Shown here one piece after another: positions 20,107 to 30,315 of a DNA stretch of 61,229 bases. The position numbers and the translations under genes are program-made. The stretch's first letter is position 1, and the number at the start of each line of letters is the position of its first letter. The stretch spans positions 1 through 61,229 of the forward strand of contig JALVWY010000026.1 of assembly GCA_027023105.1 (NCBI GenBank), given 5' to 3'. This DNA comes from Campylobacterales bacterium (lineage in GTDB: Bacteria > Campylobacterota > Campylobacteria > Campylobacterales > Nautiliaceae). Below the pieces are notes generated by a model. That model was not told where the DNA came from, did not search any database, and saw only the letters and a program-made list of their open reading frames with translations.

Positions 20107-20733
20107 TTAGAGTTTAAATTTTTTAATTTCAAGCTCTTTGCTAAAATCTACAAAATATAAAATCTCTTCTTGTTTTCCTATTAATTTTTTTATTCCAAGC
20201 ATAGCTTCAATACTTGCAATAAGACTTACCATTGAAGGAATCTGACCTTTTGTTTCCTGCTCTTTAATGGCAAACATATCAAAAGAACTTTTTTCAAACA
20301 CCCCAACCTGTCCTACAAATTCATCAACACTTGCATAAATCCAGGGAATTTTCTTTTTTTTAGCAAATTTATCTATTTTTTGACGAGTTTTAAAATTATC
20401 ACTTGCATCAAACACCAAATCTACTTCAATTTCTAAATTTTCATCAAATTTTTTATTGATAAATTCTATTTTTGTGTCACACCTTTTAATATTTTTAGCT
20501 AAAACCTCAGCTTTACTTTTGCCTATATCTTCTTTGTTAAAAGCTAATTGGCGATGAAGATTATGAATTTCAATTTCATCAAAATCAATTAAAACTATTC
20601 TTTTAAGTCCCATACAACTCAAAATCATACCAAGAGAATTTCCAAGTCCCCCGCACCCTACAATTAAAACACTTTTTTTAGATAAAATATCCTGATTTTC
20701 TTTTCCTATAAGCTGGATTTGTCTTCTAAACAT
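20107..20733 (-). CDS. ThiF/MoeB/HesA-family adenylyltransferase
   Basis: MFRRQIQLIG...VLIVGCGGLG Rossmann/E1-like motif. ATG 20733 is preferred to the track start 20754; it still overlaps the folP stop by 8 nt. Confidence 0.8.
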   Translation of the reverse strand: MFRRQIQLIGKENQDILSKKSVLIVGCGGLGNSLGMILSCMGLKRIVLIDFDEIEIHNLHRQLAFNKEDIGKSKAEVLAKNIKRCDTKIEFINKKFDENLEIEVDLVFDASDNFKTRQKIDKFAKKKKIPWIYASVDEFVGQVGVFEKSSFDMFAIKEQETKGQIPSMVSLIASIEAMLGIKKLIGKQEEILYFVDFSKELEIKKFKL

Positions 20734-21886
20734 CAAAATTCCTAATCTCTTCAAAAACTCTTAATGCCTGAAAATGCTCAGCTACATCGTGACATCTAAT
20801 GATACTAGCTCCGTTTTTAACACTTTGTATATGAATTGCAAGAGTTCCGGGAAGTCTTTTTGCAGGAGTGGTAGAGATTCCTTCTTTTTGCATAATCATA
20901 TCAATCATAGATTTTCTGCTAGCCCCCATTAAAATCTCATACCCGAAATGTAAAAAATGCTCTAAATGTTTAATCAAAGCCAAATTATCTTCAAGTCTTT
21001 TACCAAACCCTATTCCGACATCTAAAATAATATCTTTTATCCCGAAACTTTTTGCTTTTTTGATTCTACTATCAAAAAATTCATCAACTTCCAAAATTAC
21101 ATTTTCATAAAACGGATTTTTTTGCATATCTTTTGGAATACCTTTTTTATGCATAATAACTACACTTGCATTATATTTTGCCACTATTTTGGCATATTCA
21201 TCACTTTCAAGCCCTGTAATGTCATTTGCTATTTTAAATCCTCTATCAAGTGCATATTCTAAAATTTCTGCTTTAAATGTATCTATACTAAAAATAACCT
21301 TTTCATAAAGTCTGTTTTTATAAATTTCATCAATTATAGGTTTAACTCTTTTCAGTTCTTCTTCAACTCCAGGATAAACACTGCCGGGTCTACTTGAGAC
21401 CCCTCCTATATCAATTATTTTTGCCCCGTCATTTATCATTTTTTCTATTTCCCTGACAGCTTCGCTTCCGCTAAATCTGCTTCCCTCAAAAAAAGAATCG
21501 TCATTTGCGTTAATTACACCCATAATTTTTAAAGGAAATTTAGGCAAATTTACAAATTTTTTTAATTGTTTTGCAAAATCTTTTAGTTTAAAAGGCTGGC
21601 TGAGCTCTTTTTTAGATAAAATTTCAAGCTGTTTTTGATTACAAAATAAAACTGCATCAAATTTTTCTTTTTTACAATTAGGTGCTCCTATAGGCACGGC
21701 AAGCTCTGCACCTATACTTAAAGCGTCTTGTTTTAAAATATTTGCCGCTCCGCAGCTTATATCTTTTATATAAAACATAAATTTTGAAGACTTTTTTTTC
21801 ATAATTTCAATACCCGGTTTATCAACCCCTAATTTTTGCATAACTTTTAAAATATCGGTATCAGGGTTTAATTTGAATATTCTCAT
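20726..21886 (-). CDS. folP: dihydropteroate synthase (long form with N-terminal extension, as in Helicobacter/Campylobacter)
   Basis: 386 aa. Pterin-binding domain IMGVINANDDSFFEGSRF and DIGGVSSRPG, preceded by an extra N-terminal region of about 110 aa. Confidence 0.9.
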   Translation of the reverse strand: MRIFKLNPDTDILKVMQKLGVDKPGIEIMKKKSSKFMFYIKDISCGAANILKQDALSIGAELAVPIGAPNCKKEKFDAVLFCNQKQLEILSKKELSQPFKLKDFAKQLKKFVNLPKFPLKIMGVINANDDSFFEGSRFSGSEAVREIEKMINDGAKIIDIGGVSSRPGSVYPGVEEELKRVKPIIDEIYKNRLYEKVIFSIDTFKAEILEYALDRGFKIANDITGLESDEYAKIVAKYNASVVIMHKKGIPKDMQKNPFYENVILEVDEFFDSRIKKAKSFGIKDIILDVGIGFGKRLEDNLALIKHLEHFLHFGYEILMGASRKSMIDMIMQKEGISTTPAKRLPGTLAIHIQSVKNGASIIRCHDVAEHFQALRVFEEIRNFDV

Positions 21887-22428
21887 TTTTTGACCTTTAA
21901 ACTAAGCATAACAAGAGCTAATATTGACTCTTTATCAAGATTGAGTTCTAACATTTTTATACTTTTTACAATAATTTCCATCTGTTCTTCATTTAATTCT
22001 TTTTGTTTTACAATATCATATAAAAACTCTTTTATCTCTTCTTTTTCTTTTTTAGAATCTAAAATCTCTAAAATATATTCATTTGTAAGAATCTTTAATT
22101 TTTCATTATGCTCTTTTTGATAAATAACTTTTTCTATAAAAACCCTTGAAAGAATTGTATCAAGCAAAGAATATTTTGAGTTTGTAACTATTAAAAACTC
22201 TATATTTTTAGGAGGCTCTTCTATGAGTTTAAGAAGAGCGTTTTGTGCATAAATATTAAATTTTTCGGCAGCTATTACAATAAGCCTTTTATTTTTATCT
22301 GCAATATAGGCTTTTTGTTTTATAAAAGCAATATCATCAACTTTTAGTTCATCCCGTCTAATAACCTCATAAGCTTTAATTTTTTCTAAAAATTTATCTA
22401 TATCATTGGTAATAATAGCCCTGCTCAA
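21883..22428 (-). CDS. holB: DNA polymerase III delta-prime subunit (short form)
   Basis: 181 aa. NALLKLIEEPPKN motif. Sits between hobA and folP as in Helicobacter. Confidence 0.7.
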   Translation of the reverse strand: MSRAIITNDIDKFLEKIKAYEVIRRDELKVDDIAFIKQKAYIADKNKRLIVIAAEKFNIYAQNALLKLIEEPPKNIEFLIVTNSKYSLLDTILSRVFIEKVIYQKEHNEKLKILTNEYILEILDSKKEKEEIKEFLYDIVKQKELNEEQMEIIVKSIKMLELNLDKESILALVMLSLKVKK

Positions 22429-22958
22429 ATTTCAATTTCTCCAAAAACAGCGGCATTTAAACTTTTATTAACCAAATCTGCTAAATTCAAAAGCTTATTA
22501 TCCAGATAAATATCTGTTGATTTTAAATAAAAATTTTTAGACAAATCATTATCCATAATCCAATAAAAAGAATCGGGCTTTTTTCTTGCAAATTTAAGCA
22601 TAGGAGTTTCCTGCCCTATATACCAAAAAATATAATCGTTAAAAGAGACTTCAAGCATATCTTCTATCATATCATATTGTTCGGGATGTTTTGCTTCTTT
22701 TATTTGAGGAACAACATTTTCTAACACATAAAAAGGAAAAAACTGGGGTTTAAATTCATTAAAATTATTGATTTTTGACAAAAGATAATCACCATACCAT
22801 TTTCTTTTTTCATCGGTTATGATAAGAACACTTTTTGCATCAAGGATTTGATTTAAAAACACAGACAAAAGAGGAACAAAATCAAGTCTTCTCTCTTCCA
22901 TCCACTTATAATTTTTTTTACGAATCAAATCCATAATAAAACGGTTTAAATCCATCAC
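22425..22958 (-). CDS. hobA: HobA-like DnaA-binding replication initiation protein
   Basis: 177 aa. Resembles H. pylori HobA as I recall it (SVLIITDEKRKWYGDYLLSKIN vs SLLVSADSSRHWFLNYILSNLN; IFWYIGQ vs MFWHVGK). Also shares the lysC-hobA-holB-folP gene order. Confidence 0.65.
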   Translation of the reverse strand: MMDLNRFIMDLIRKKNYKWMEERRLDFVPLLSVFLNQILDAKSVLIITDEKRKWYGDYLLSKINNFNEFKPQFFPFYVLENVVPQIKEAKHPEQYDMIEDMLEVSFNDYIFWYIGQETPMLKFARKKPDSFYWIMDNDLSKNFYLKSTDIYLDNKLLNLADLVNKSLNAAVFGEIEI

Positions 22959-24163
22959 TTATCCAATTCATAAGCTGTATGTAACGCCCTAACTGCCAAT
23001 TCTCCGTATTTTTCCGCAATAACCATAGAAATTTTAATTTCACTAGTAGAAATCATCAAAATATTGATATTCTCTTTTGCCAAAGTTTCAAAAGCCTCAG
23101 CAGCAACCCCGCTGTGTGATTTCATACCAACACCCACTATACTAACTTTTGCAATATCACTGTCATATTCTATTGCTTCAGAAGAATTTTCATACTCTTT
23201 TAAAACTTTTTTAGTCATTTCAAGCTCGGTTGCAGGAACTGTAAAAGTAAGACTTGCTTTATTGTCTTTACCTACATTTTGAACAATCATATCCACATTT
23301 ATATTTTCATCGGCAAGTTTCCCGAAAATTTCCGCACTGATTCCGGGTCTGTCTTCCACTCCAAAAATACTGACTCTTGCCTGATTTTTATCAAGAGCAA
23401 TACCGCTTACTAAAACTTTTTCCATAAATTCATTCTCCTTTGTAATTAATGTTCCTTTTTTAAAAGGCTCAAACGAAGATTTTACTTCAATATCAACATT
23501 TAATTTTTTTGCAAGTTCAACAGAGCGGCTTTGCATAACTTTTGCCCCAAGGCTTGCAAGTTCAAGCATTTCATCATAACTTATCATATCTATTTTTTTG
23601 GCATTAGGCTCAATTCTTGGGTCTGTTGTATAAATTCCATCAACATCCGTATAAATTTCACATTTATCGGCTTTAAGCGCCCCGGCTATTGCAACAGCCG
23701 TCAAATCACTTCCTCCGCGTCCGAGTGTAGTAACATCTCCGTTTTCATTAATTCCCTGAAAACCCGCAACTATTACAACTTTTCCTTTTTCAAGTTGTTT
23801 TTGCATTTTTTCAGGATTTATATCCATAATTCTGGCTTTCATATGGTCGCTTGTCGTCACAATTCCGGCCTGTCTTCCCGTAAGAGCAATAGCGTCAATT
23901 CCTTTTGATTGAAGTGCAATAGATAAAAGTGCACTTGTAACCCTCTCTCCGCTGCTAACTAACAAATCAACTTCTCTTTGAGGTGGAGTTTTTGTAAAAT
24001 GGGCGGCGTATTCAAGAAGTTTATTCGTCTCTCCCGCCATTGCCGAAACAATAACTACAACATCCTCTCCGTTTTCTTTATATTTTTTTACAATATTTGC
24101 AACATTTTCTATTCTGTCAAGTCCTCCGACACTTGTTCCTCCGAATTTTTGAACAACTAACAT
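22955..24163 (-). CDS. lysC: aspartate kinase
   Basis: 402 aa. VQKFGGTSVG, VVSAMAGETN, and two C-terminal ACT domains. Confidence 0.95.
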   Translation of the reverse strand: MLVVQKFGGTSVGGLDRIENVANIVKKYKENGEDVVVIVSAMAGETNKLLEYAAHFTKTPPQREVDLLVSSGERVTSALLSIALQSKGIDAIALTGRQAGIVTTSDHMKARIMDINPEKMQKQLEKGKVVIVAGFQGINENGDVTTLGRGGSDLTAVAIAGALKADKCEIYTDVDGIYTTDPRIEPNAKKIDMISYDEMLELASLGAKVMQSRSVELAKKLNVDIEVKSSFEPFKKGTLITKENEFMEKVLVSGIALDKNQARVSIFGVEDRPGISAEIFGKLADENINVDMIVQNVGKDNKASLTFTVPATELEMTKKVLKEYENSSEAIEYDSDIAKVSIVGVGMKSHSGVAAEAFETLAKENINILMISTSEIKISMVIAEKYGELAVRALHTAYELDK

Positions 24164-24171
24164 ATTTCTCC

Positions 24172-24639
24172 TTATAAATATCCGTTTCGTTTAAAATATT
24201 CAATTACTTTTTTATAAACGGGTCTTTTAAATGATTTTACATATTTGAAAACACTTCCAAGGCTAACAAATTTATAATCGTCAAATTCCGGTATTTCCGT
24301 TTTTAGATTAATTTTCGCATCTTTTTTAAGTCTGACTAAAAAATATTTTTGTTTTTGACCATCATACGGATACATTTTTTGTGCTATTATTTTTGGAAAA
24401 TCATAGCTAAGCCATTCAGGCATTTGGGCAATTATTTCTATTTTATCTGTGCCTATTTCTTCTTTTAATTCTCTAAAAAGAGCTTCTTTTGGACTTTCAC
24501 CCTTATCAATCCCACCTTGTGGAAACTGCCAGGCGTCTATATCGTTTCTTTTAGCAACAAGAACCTCCACTTTTTCGGGATATTTAGGTGAAAGTATAAC
24601 TGCGGCAACATTTGGTCTGTATTTTTTCAAAATTTTCAC
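24172..24639 (-). CDS. rppH: RNA pyrophosphohydrolase (Nudix)
   Basis: 155 aa. WQFPQGGIDKGESPKEALFRELKEEIG Nudix box; RppH-like length. Confidence 0.85.
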   Translation of the reverse strand: MKILKKYRPNVAAVILSPKYPEKVEVLVAKRNDIDAWQFPQGGIDKGESPKEALFRELKEEIGTDKIEIIAQMPEWLSYDFPKIIAQKMYPYDGQKQKYFLVRLKKDAKINLKTEIPEFDDYKFVSLGSVFKYVKSFKRPVYKKVIEYFKRNGYL

Positions 24640-24681
24640 CTTTTTTTAGTAAAATTATAACTAAAAAATGGAAAATAAAAA

Positions 24682-25728
24682 ATGGAAAATTTATTATATA
24701 TTCACATTCCCTTTTGCGACAGTAAGTGTAATTATTGTGCTTTTAACTCCTATACAAATTTAAATCATCTAAAAAAAGAGTATTTTAAGGCAATAAAAAA
24801 TCAATTTTTAAATGATATTGAAAAATTTGATATAAAAAACTTTGAAACCGTTTTTATAGGAGGGGGGACACCTTCAACAATGTCCGTTTCTTTTTATGAA
24901 AAATTATTTGAACTACTTGATCCTTTTTTAAAAGATACAAAAGAAATCACAATAGAATCAAACCCAAATGCCTCTTTTAACTGGCTTAAAAATATTAAAA
25001 ATCTCGGAGTAAACAGAATTAGTTTTGGAGTTCAAAGTTTTGATGATGAAAAACTGAAATTTTTAAATAGAAACCACTCTTCTAAAACGGCAATTAACAC
25101 TATCAAAAATGCCAAAAAAGCAGGCTTTGAAAATATAAATCTTGATATTATTTATGCAACCGCTATGGATAATTACACTCTTTTACAAAACGATTTAAAA
25201 ACAATAGATTTTCTTCCTATAACCCATATAAGTGCATATTCACTTATGATAGAAAAAAACACGAAATGGGAAGAGGATTTTTCAAAAAGAAAAGAAGACG
25301 AAGAGCTTGAAATATGGTTTATTGAAGAGATTAAAAAAAAATTCAACCAATATGAAATATCAAACTTCGGCAACCCCTGTATTCATAATCTGGGATATTG
25401 GAAACATAAAGAGTATTTAGGAATTGGCGCCGGAGCTGTAGGCTTTATTAAAAATTTCAGGTATTACACCAAAAAAAATGTTTATGAATATATTAAAAAT
25501 CCCACAAAATATGAGTATGAATATTTAAGCGATGAGGATATAAAAAAGGAAAAAATCCTTTTAGGTCTTAGAAGTAAAGCCGGATTTAACGAAAATATTT
25601 TAAATGAAAATGAATTAAAAAGAGCGCAAATTTTAATCAAAGAGCAAAAATTATATAAAAAAGAAAATAAAATTCACTCTTACGATTTTTTATTAGCCGA
25701 TGCTTTAAGCGCTTATATTATTGATTAA
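24682..25728 (+). CDS. hemW: radical SAM heme chaperone HemW (HemN-like, oxygen-independent coproporphyrinogen oxidase family)
   Basis: 348 aa. LYIHIPFCDSKCNYCAF radical-SAM cluster motif and the GGGTPS motif. Confidence 0.88.
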   Translation: MENLLYIHIPFCDSKCNYCAFNSYTNLNHLKKEYFKAIKNQFLNDIEKFDIKNFETVFIGGGTPSTMSVSFYEKLFELLDPFLKDTKEITIESNPNASFNWLKNIKNLGVNRISFGVQSFDDEKLKFLNRNHSSKTAINTIKNAKKAGFENINLDIIYATAMDNYTLLQNDLKTIDFLPITHISAYSLMIEKNTKWEEDFSKRKEDEELEIWFIEEIKKKFNQYEISNFGNPCIHNLGYWKHKEYLGIGAGAVGFIKNFRYYTKKNVYEYIKNPTKYEYEYLSDEDIKKEKILLGLRSKAGFNENILNENELKRAQILIKEQKLYKKENKIHSYDFLLADALSAYIID

Positions 25729-26439
25729 TTACCAGAGCACAATTTTATTCCAAAATTTGGCAAACCAGCCTTGAGAAGTATAATCTTTTATATCTCCTTG
25801 GGATTTATAAGCAATTTTTTCATCCGCTATATATTTTGAATCAATGGTATTATCCGCACTTATATCCTGAGGTCTGATAACCCCGCTTATTTGCACGACT
25901 TGTTTTTCTCCGTTTAAAAGCATCTCTTTTGTGCCGTAAATATAATAACTTCCGTTTTTAAGAACTTTTACAATTCTTGCACTTATAGTTGTATTAAACT
26001 GCTGTTTGGTGTTTTGAGTCCCGCTTCCGCTAAAAGAGCGGTTTGAGTTCATTGAAGGTAAATTAAGTCCTATTCCTGTTTTGCTGATACCGTATTTCTT
26101 ACCGCCTACATTTACCCCTCCGCTTATACTTGCATCAAAAAGCCCTCCGTTATTTTGATTTGCTTCACTGAGCTTCTTACTTGCCTGAGAAATTTGAGAA
26201 ATATTTTCTGTAATCACTACTGTTACGATATCATTAACTTTTTTGGCTTTTGTATCGGAAAAAAGATTATCCGAATTTTTAAAAAGAGAGCCCGGGTTAT
26301 TATTAATATTATCATCTTCCCTGCTTGGCATCTGCTAAACATATTTAGGAGGCGTCATAGAAAGAGTCGGATTTATATAGTGGCTTGAACATCCGCTAAA
26401 ATATAAACCCAGTGCGGTAATAAAAATAACTCTTTTCAA
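25729..26439 (-). pseudogene. flgH: flagellar L-ring lipoprotein FlgH, interrupted by an in-frame TAG (26335-26337); the open part is 25729..26331
   Basis: Tracked ORF (200 aa) is the FlgH mature domain (PGSLF...DIVTVVI...ISGVIRPQDI...IDSKYIADEKI). In the same frame upstream: TTG 26439 - KRVIFITALGLYFSGCSSHYINPTLSMTPPKYV - TAG - QMPSRED. That is a lipoprotein signal peptide plus the conserved N-terminus. Confidence 0.8.
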
Positions 26440-26468
26440 TATAATCCTTTTTTGAAATAAAGCAAAAA

Positions 26469-27239
26469 TCATTCCGCTTTGAATTTTAAAATTTCCTGTT
26501 TTATATCGTTTTGTCTCATAAAATGCTCTCCTATCAAATATGCATCCACACCGTTTTGATGAAGTTTTTTAATAATCTTAGGAGAGTTTATTCCGCTTTC
26601 TGCTACAACTATTACGCCTTTTGGAAGTTTTGGTATAAGTTTTTTGCTTAAATCCATATCCATTTCAAATGTTTTTAAGTTTCTGTGATTAAAGCCTATA
26701 ATTTCAGCTCCTACTTCAAGCGCTTTTTGTAAATCCTCTTCATCATGTATTTCAAACAGCACTTCAAGCCCTATGTTTTTTGCAAAATCATAAAGCTTTT
26801 TAAGTTCATTCGTTTCAAGTGCTTTTGCTATTAACAAAATAAAATCAGCCCCCGCCCCGTAAGCCTCGGCTATTTGAAATTCATCAACTATAAAATCTTT
26901 TCTAAGAAGAGGTATTTTGCTGAAATTGTTAATTTCTTTTAAATATTCAATAGAACCTTGAAAAAAGTGCGGTTCTGTCAAAATGCTCATAGCATCCGCT
27001 GTTTCATTATAAATTTTTGCTATTTCTATCGGGTTAAAATTCTCTTTTATAATTCCTTTACTTGGACTTGCCTTTTTTACTTCGGCAATAATTCTATAAG
27101 GATTATCCGGTGTTGATTTAAGAGCTTTTTTAACATCTCTGAAATCTCTTTTTAATTTTAAGAATTTTTTAAAATCACTCTCATTTTTTCTTTTTTCCAA
27201 ATCTTCTTTTGTTTTTTTTATGATTTTTTTTAGTATCAT
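26469..27239 (-). CDS. trpC: indole-3-glycerol phosphate synthase
   Basis: 256 aa. [19 protein letters not shown] and NHRNLKTF motifs. Confidence 0.93.
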   Translation of the reverse strand: MILKKIIKKTKEDLEKRKNESDFKKFLKLKRDFRDVKKALKSTPDNPYRIIAEVKKASPSKGIIKENFNPIEIAKIYNETADAMSILTEPHFFQGSIEYLKEINNFSKIPLLRKDFIVDEFQIAEAYGAGADFILLIAKALETNELKKLYDFAKNIGLEVLFEIHDEEDLQKALEVGAEIIGFNHRNLKTFEMDMDLSKKLIPKLPKGVIVVAESGINSPKIIKKLHQNGVDAYLIGEHFMRQNDIKQEILKFKAE

Positions 27240-28449
27240 TTAAACACCTTTTTATAAGTTTTTTATGAAGAAGAACCGTCTCATCATCACTATCAACAGT
27301 TTTTATAATATCCCATGCGCTTTTACATTTATGAAGTTTATAATACCCCAACGCAAGAGAATCTATATAATCCGTATTATAAGGATTTAAAGTTATTGCC
27401 TTTTGAACATATTTCAAACCTTCTTTAGGATTGATATTATTATCAATCAGCAAATATCCCAAAAAATTATAAACAAACGGAGTTTTTATATAATTTTTTA
27501 TATATTCAAGATTTTTAACCACTTCTTTTACTGTCTGTTTATTAGGAGTCGCTTTATAAATAAATATTGTATATTTTAAAAGATACTTCACATCCTTTGT
27601 TTTAAGATAAAGATTCATTGCCACTAAAGCCGCTTTTTTATACTCTTTTTTTTCTTCATAAATATACATAAGATATTCCTGACTTAATTTATGTTTTTTT
27701 ACTATTTTGAGCGCATTTTTATAATCCCCCTCATCCATATAATAATTAAGAGCCAAAATATAATATTCCGGATTATATCTCCCCAGTTTTTCATAAATAT
27801 TCGCAAGATTTGGAATATCATAAACTTCTTTATAAATATGAGCCAAACTCAAACAGACATCATAATCACACCCTTTTTCATTTAAATATGTCTGAAGATA
27901 GGCTATGGCTTCGTTATATTTTTTTTCATTTACCAAAATATCGCTTAAATTCAAAAGATTTTTTTTTGAAGGATTAAGTGCATATCCGCTTTTTGCATAT
28001 TCAAGAGCCTCTTTATATTTATGCTCTTTTGTCAAAATAAAAGCCATCATCGTATAAAAAAATTCATTTTTTTTGTTGAATTTGCTAATAAGCTCTTTTT
28101 TTGCTTCGCTTAGTTTTTTTTCTTGCAATAATGCAAAAATTTTAATTTTAAAAACTTCATCGTCCCATTGTTCACTCAAAAACTTATCTGATTTTTTAAT
28201 AACTTCATTATATTTTCCCAAATCATAAAGTATGGTTAAATATCGTCTGAAATAGATAATTTTGTCAGTTTTTTTATATAAAAATTTGTAAATATTCAAA
28301 GCGTCTTTTAAATCTCCGTTTTGCTCATCAAGCAATGCTTTTATAATATAATCATCCTCTTTTGGAAATACCTTCTCTCCTATTTGCGGCTGTTTTACAC
28401 TGCATCCGGCAAAAAAAACCAATAAAAATAATAAATATTTAATTCTCAA
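27181..28449 (-). CDS. TPR-repeat lipoprotein (function unknown)
   Basis: 422 aa. Signal peptide with lipobox FFAGC and many TPR-like repeats. The polybasic C-terminal tail is encoded by the 59 nt that overlap trpC. Confidence 0.7.
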   Translation of the reverse strand: MRIKYLLFLLVFFAGCSVKQPQIGEKVFPKEDDYIIKALLDEQNGDLKDALNIYKFLYKKTDKIIYFRRYLTILYDLGKYNEVIKKSDKFLSEQWDDEVFKIKIFALLQEKKLSEAKKELISKFNKKNEFFYTMMAFILTKEHKYKEALEYAKSGYALNPSKKNLLNLSDILVNEKKYNEAIAYLQTYLNEKGCDYDVCLSLAHIYKEVYDIPNLANIYEKLGRYNPEYYILALNYYMDEGDYKNALKIVKKHKLSQEYLMYIYEEKKEYKKAALVAMNLYLKTKDVKYLLKYTIFIYKATPNKQTVKEVVKNLEYIKNYIKTPFVYNFLGYLLIDNNINPKEGLKYVQKAITLNPYNTDYIDSLALGYYKLHKCKSAWDIIKTVDSDDETVLLHKKLIKRCLNDTKKNHKKNKRRFGKKKK

Positions 28450-28865
28450 TTATCAATTCTCCATTCTTCATTTATTATAATGCCGGGACACTCTTTTTTA
28501 AGAGAGTTAATTTTGCTTTTATCTTTAAAATAATCCCAAAAAGGAAAAGTCCTACATTGAGTTGGTCTAACAGGATAAATATCACATCCGTTATTAAAAA
28601 ATAGACAGGCAAATCCGTTTTTATGAGGTTTTTCCTTAATAGAAAATTTATATCCGACTTTAATTAAAAAATTATTTATAAAAAACTCTTTATCTATTTT
28701 TAAAAATTCAGCTATATCTTCAATCTCTTTTAAACTAACCCATATATAACCGCTCTCCCCAATGCAGCAGTTTCCTTCACAACTTTTACAAGCATTGGCA
28801 TTAAATTTATAAGGAAATCCTTCTTTACTTATTATATTTTCCATTTTAAATTTTCCATTTTCCAT
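28446..28865 (-). CDS. YkgJ-family cysteine-cluster (CxxCxxCC) zinc/iron-binding protein
   Basis: 139 aa. CKSCEGNCC plus downstream Cys residues (family UPF0153/FliB-like). TAATG start/stop overlap with the upstream methyltransferase. Confidence 0.75.
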   Translation of the reverse strand: MENGKFKMENIISKEGFPYKFNANACKSCEGNCCIGESGYIWVSLKEIEDIAEFLKIDKEFFINNFLIKVGYKFSIKEKPHKNGFACLFFNNGCDIYPVRPTQCRTFPFWDYFKDKSKINSLKKECPGIIINEEWRIDN

Positions 28866-29554
28866 TATATCTTTATACTCTCCGTATTGGCTTTTTTATA
28901 TATTTCATCAGCCTCTTTTGAAAAAATTTCCCCTTCAAATCCTATTAAAGGAGGATGAATTTTTATTAAAGATTTTGCGTGTCTTTTTGCTCTTATTAAA
29001 ACAAGAGTCGCATTTTTATTAATCCTGGGATAAAAAAACCTTATATCTGTTATTTTTAAAGGTTTTGGCATTTTTGAAATTATATCATCTATTCTTTTTG
29101 CATCATAACAAAAAATAAATTCCCCTCTTTCTTTTAAAATTTTATTAACCTTTTCAAAAAACTCACTCATTGGCAAAGAATCCTCATATCTGGCAATCTT
29201 TTTAATTTCATTCTCACTTTTTAAAGTGCCGTTATAAAAAGGGGGATTTGATACAATAAAATCAAATTTTTTATTAAAATCAAATTCTAAAAAATCCGCA
29301 TTAAAAACCTTGGCTTTTAAATTATTTTCTTTTAGATTTTTCAAAATAAATTCAAACATAATTTTTTGTTTTTCAATAACGGTTAAATTGATTTTAGGAA
29401 AATCCCTTTTAATTAAAAGCCCTAAAACACCACATCCCCCGCCAACTTCCAAGACATCGCCCTTTATATTAAAATATGTAATAAAATCATATAAAAACAT
29501 AGTATCGGAATTGTAACAATATCCGTTTTTCGGTTGATAAAGTTTTATTTTCAC
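28865..29554 (-). CDS. SAM-dependent methyltransferase, tRNA1(Val) (adenine37-N6)-methyltransferase-like (YfiC/TrmN6)
   Basis: 229 aa. LYQPKNGY...SDT N-terminus, SAM motif LEVGGGCG, and N6-adenine motif NPPF. Confidence 0.75.
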   Translation of the reverse strand: MKIKLYQPKNGYCYNSDTMFLYDFITYFNIKGDVLEVGGGCGVLGLLIKRDFPKINLTVIEKQKIMFEFILKNLKENNLKAKVFNADFLEFDFNKKFDFIVSNPPFYNGTLKSENEIKKIARYEDSLPMSEFFEKVNKILKERGEFIFCYDAKRIDDIISKMPKPLKITDIRFFYPRINKNATLVLIRAKRHAKSLIKIHPPLIGFEGEIFSKEADEIYKKANTESIKI

Positions 29555-29598
29555 TCCTTAAATTTTAATGATATAATTTTATCAAAAAAGGTCTTATA

Positions 29599-30315
29599 AT
29601 GATTATTATTCCGGCAAGATTAAGCTCTTCAAGACTCCCGAATAAAGTTTTAGCAGATATTAACGGCACTCCGATGATAATTAGATGTGCAAAAATAGCA
29701 AAAAAAGTGGATGATGTGGCAATAGCGACAGATTCCAAAGAAGTTATTGAAATTTGTGATAAATATGGATTTAAAGCCGTTTTAACAGACAAAAACCACA
29801 AAAGCGGAAGCGACAGAATAAAAGAAGCGGCAGATATTTTAGGGCTGAAAAAAGATGATTTAATTATCAATATGCAAGGAGACGAGCCGTTTTTAGAGCC
29901 TGAAATCCTAGAAAAAGTAAAAAATGAACTTAAAAATATAAAAGATGAATTTAAAATGGCAAGCTGCTATAAAGAAATAAACGAACTTGACGCCGAAGAC
30001 CCGAATTTAGTAAAAGTTGTAATAGACCAATATTCAAATGCCCTATATTTTTCAAGAAGCAAAATTCCATATAACAGAGACAATGTTTCCCACATATACA
30101 AAGGTCATATCGGGATATACGGATTTAACAAAAAAAGTTTAGATATTTTTGTTAATTTAAAAGGACATTTAGAACATATAGAAAAACTGGAACAATTAAG
30201 AGTTATTGAAAACGGATTTAAAATTAAAATGATAAAAGTTAAAACAAAAAGCTTTGGAATTGACACAAAAGAAGATTTACAAAAGGCAATAAAATATGCA
30301 AAAAGTAGCAATTAG
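29599..30315 (+). CDS. kdsB: 3-deoxy-manno-octulosonate cytidylyltransferase
   Basis: 238 aa. IIIPARLSSSRLPNK, NMQGDEP and the EQLR motif. Confidence 0.93.
   Translation: MIIIPARLSSSRLPNKVLADINGTPMIIRCAKIAKKVDDVAIATDSKEVIEICDKYGFKAVLTDKNHKSGSDRIKEAADILGLKKDDLIINMQGDEPFLEPEILEKVKNELKNIKDEFKMASCYKEINELDAEDPNLVKVVIDQYSNALYFSRSKIPYNRDNVSHIYKGHIGIYGFNKKSLDIFVNLKGHLEHIEKLEQLRVIENGFKIKMIKVKTKSFGIDTKEDLQKAIKYAKSSN

Noticed and set aside
20021-20110. 29-codon hydrophobic mini-ORF (MDNIFQIILALFAFILFDPVLSRKISEWF) filling the pdxJ / thiF-like convergent gap
   Set aside because: It is too short to distinguish from chance in AT-rich DNA. Its ATG lies inside the last codons of pdxJ and has no visible RBS. 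It may be worth a look only if Ribo-seq data exist.
27181-27239. 59-nt overlap between the TPR lipoprotein gene and trpC, giving the lipoprotein a polybasic tail ([16 protein letters not shown])
   Set aside because: The tail is most simply a fortuitous extension of the ORF into the A-rich 5' end of trpC until the first stop. I cannot support any function, and it is noted only as a possible annotation artefact.
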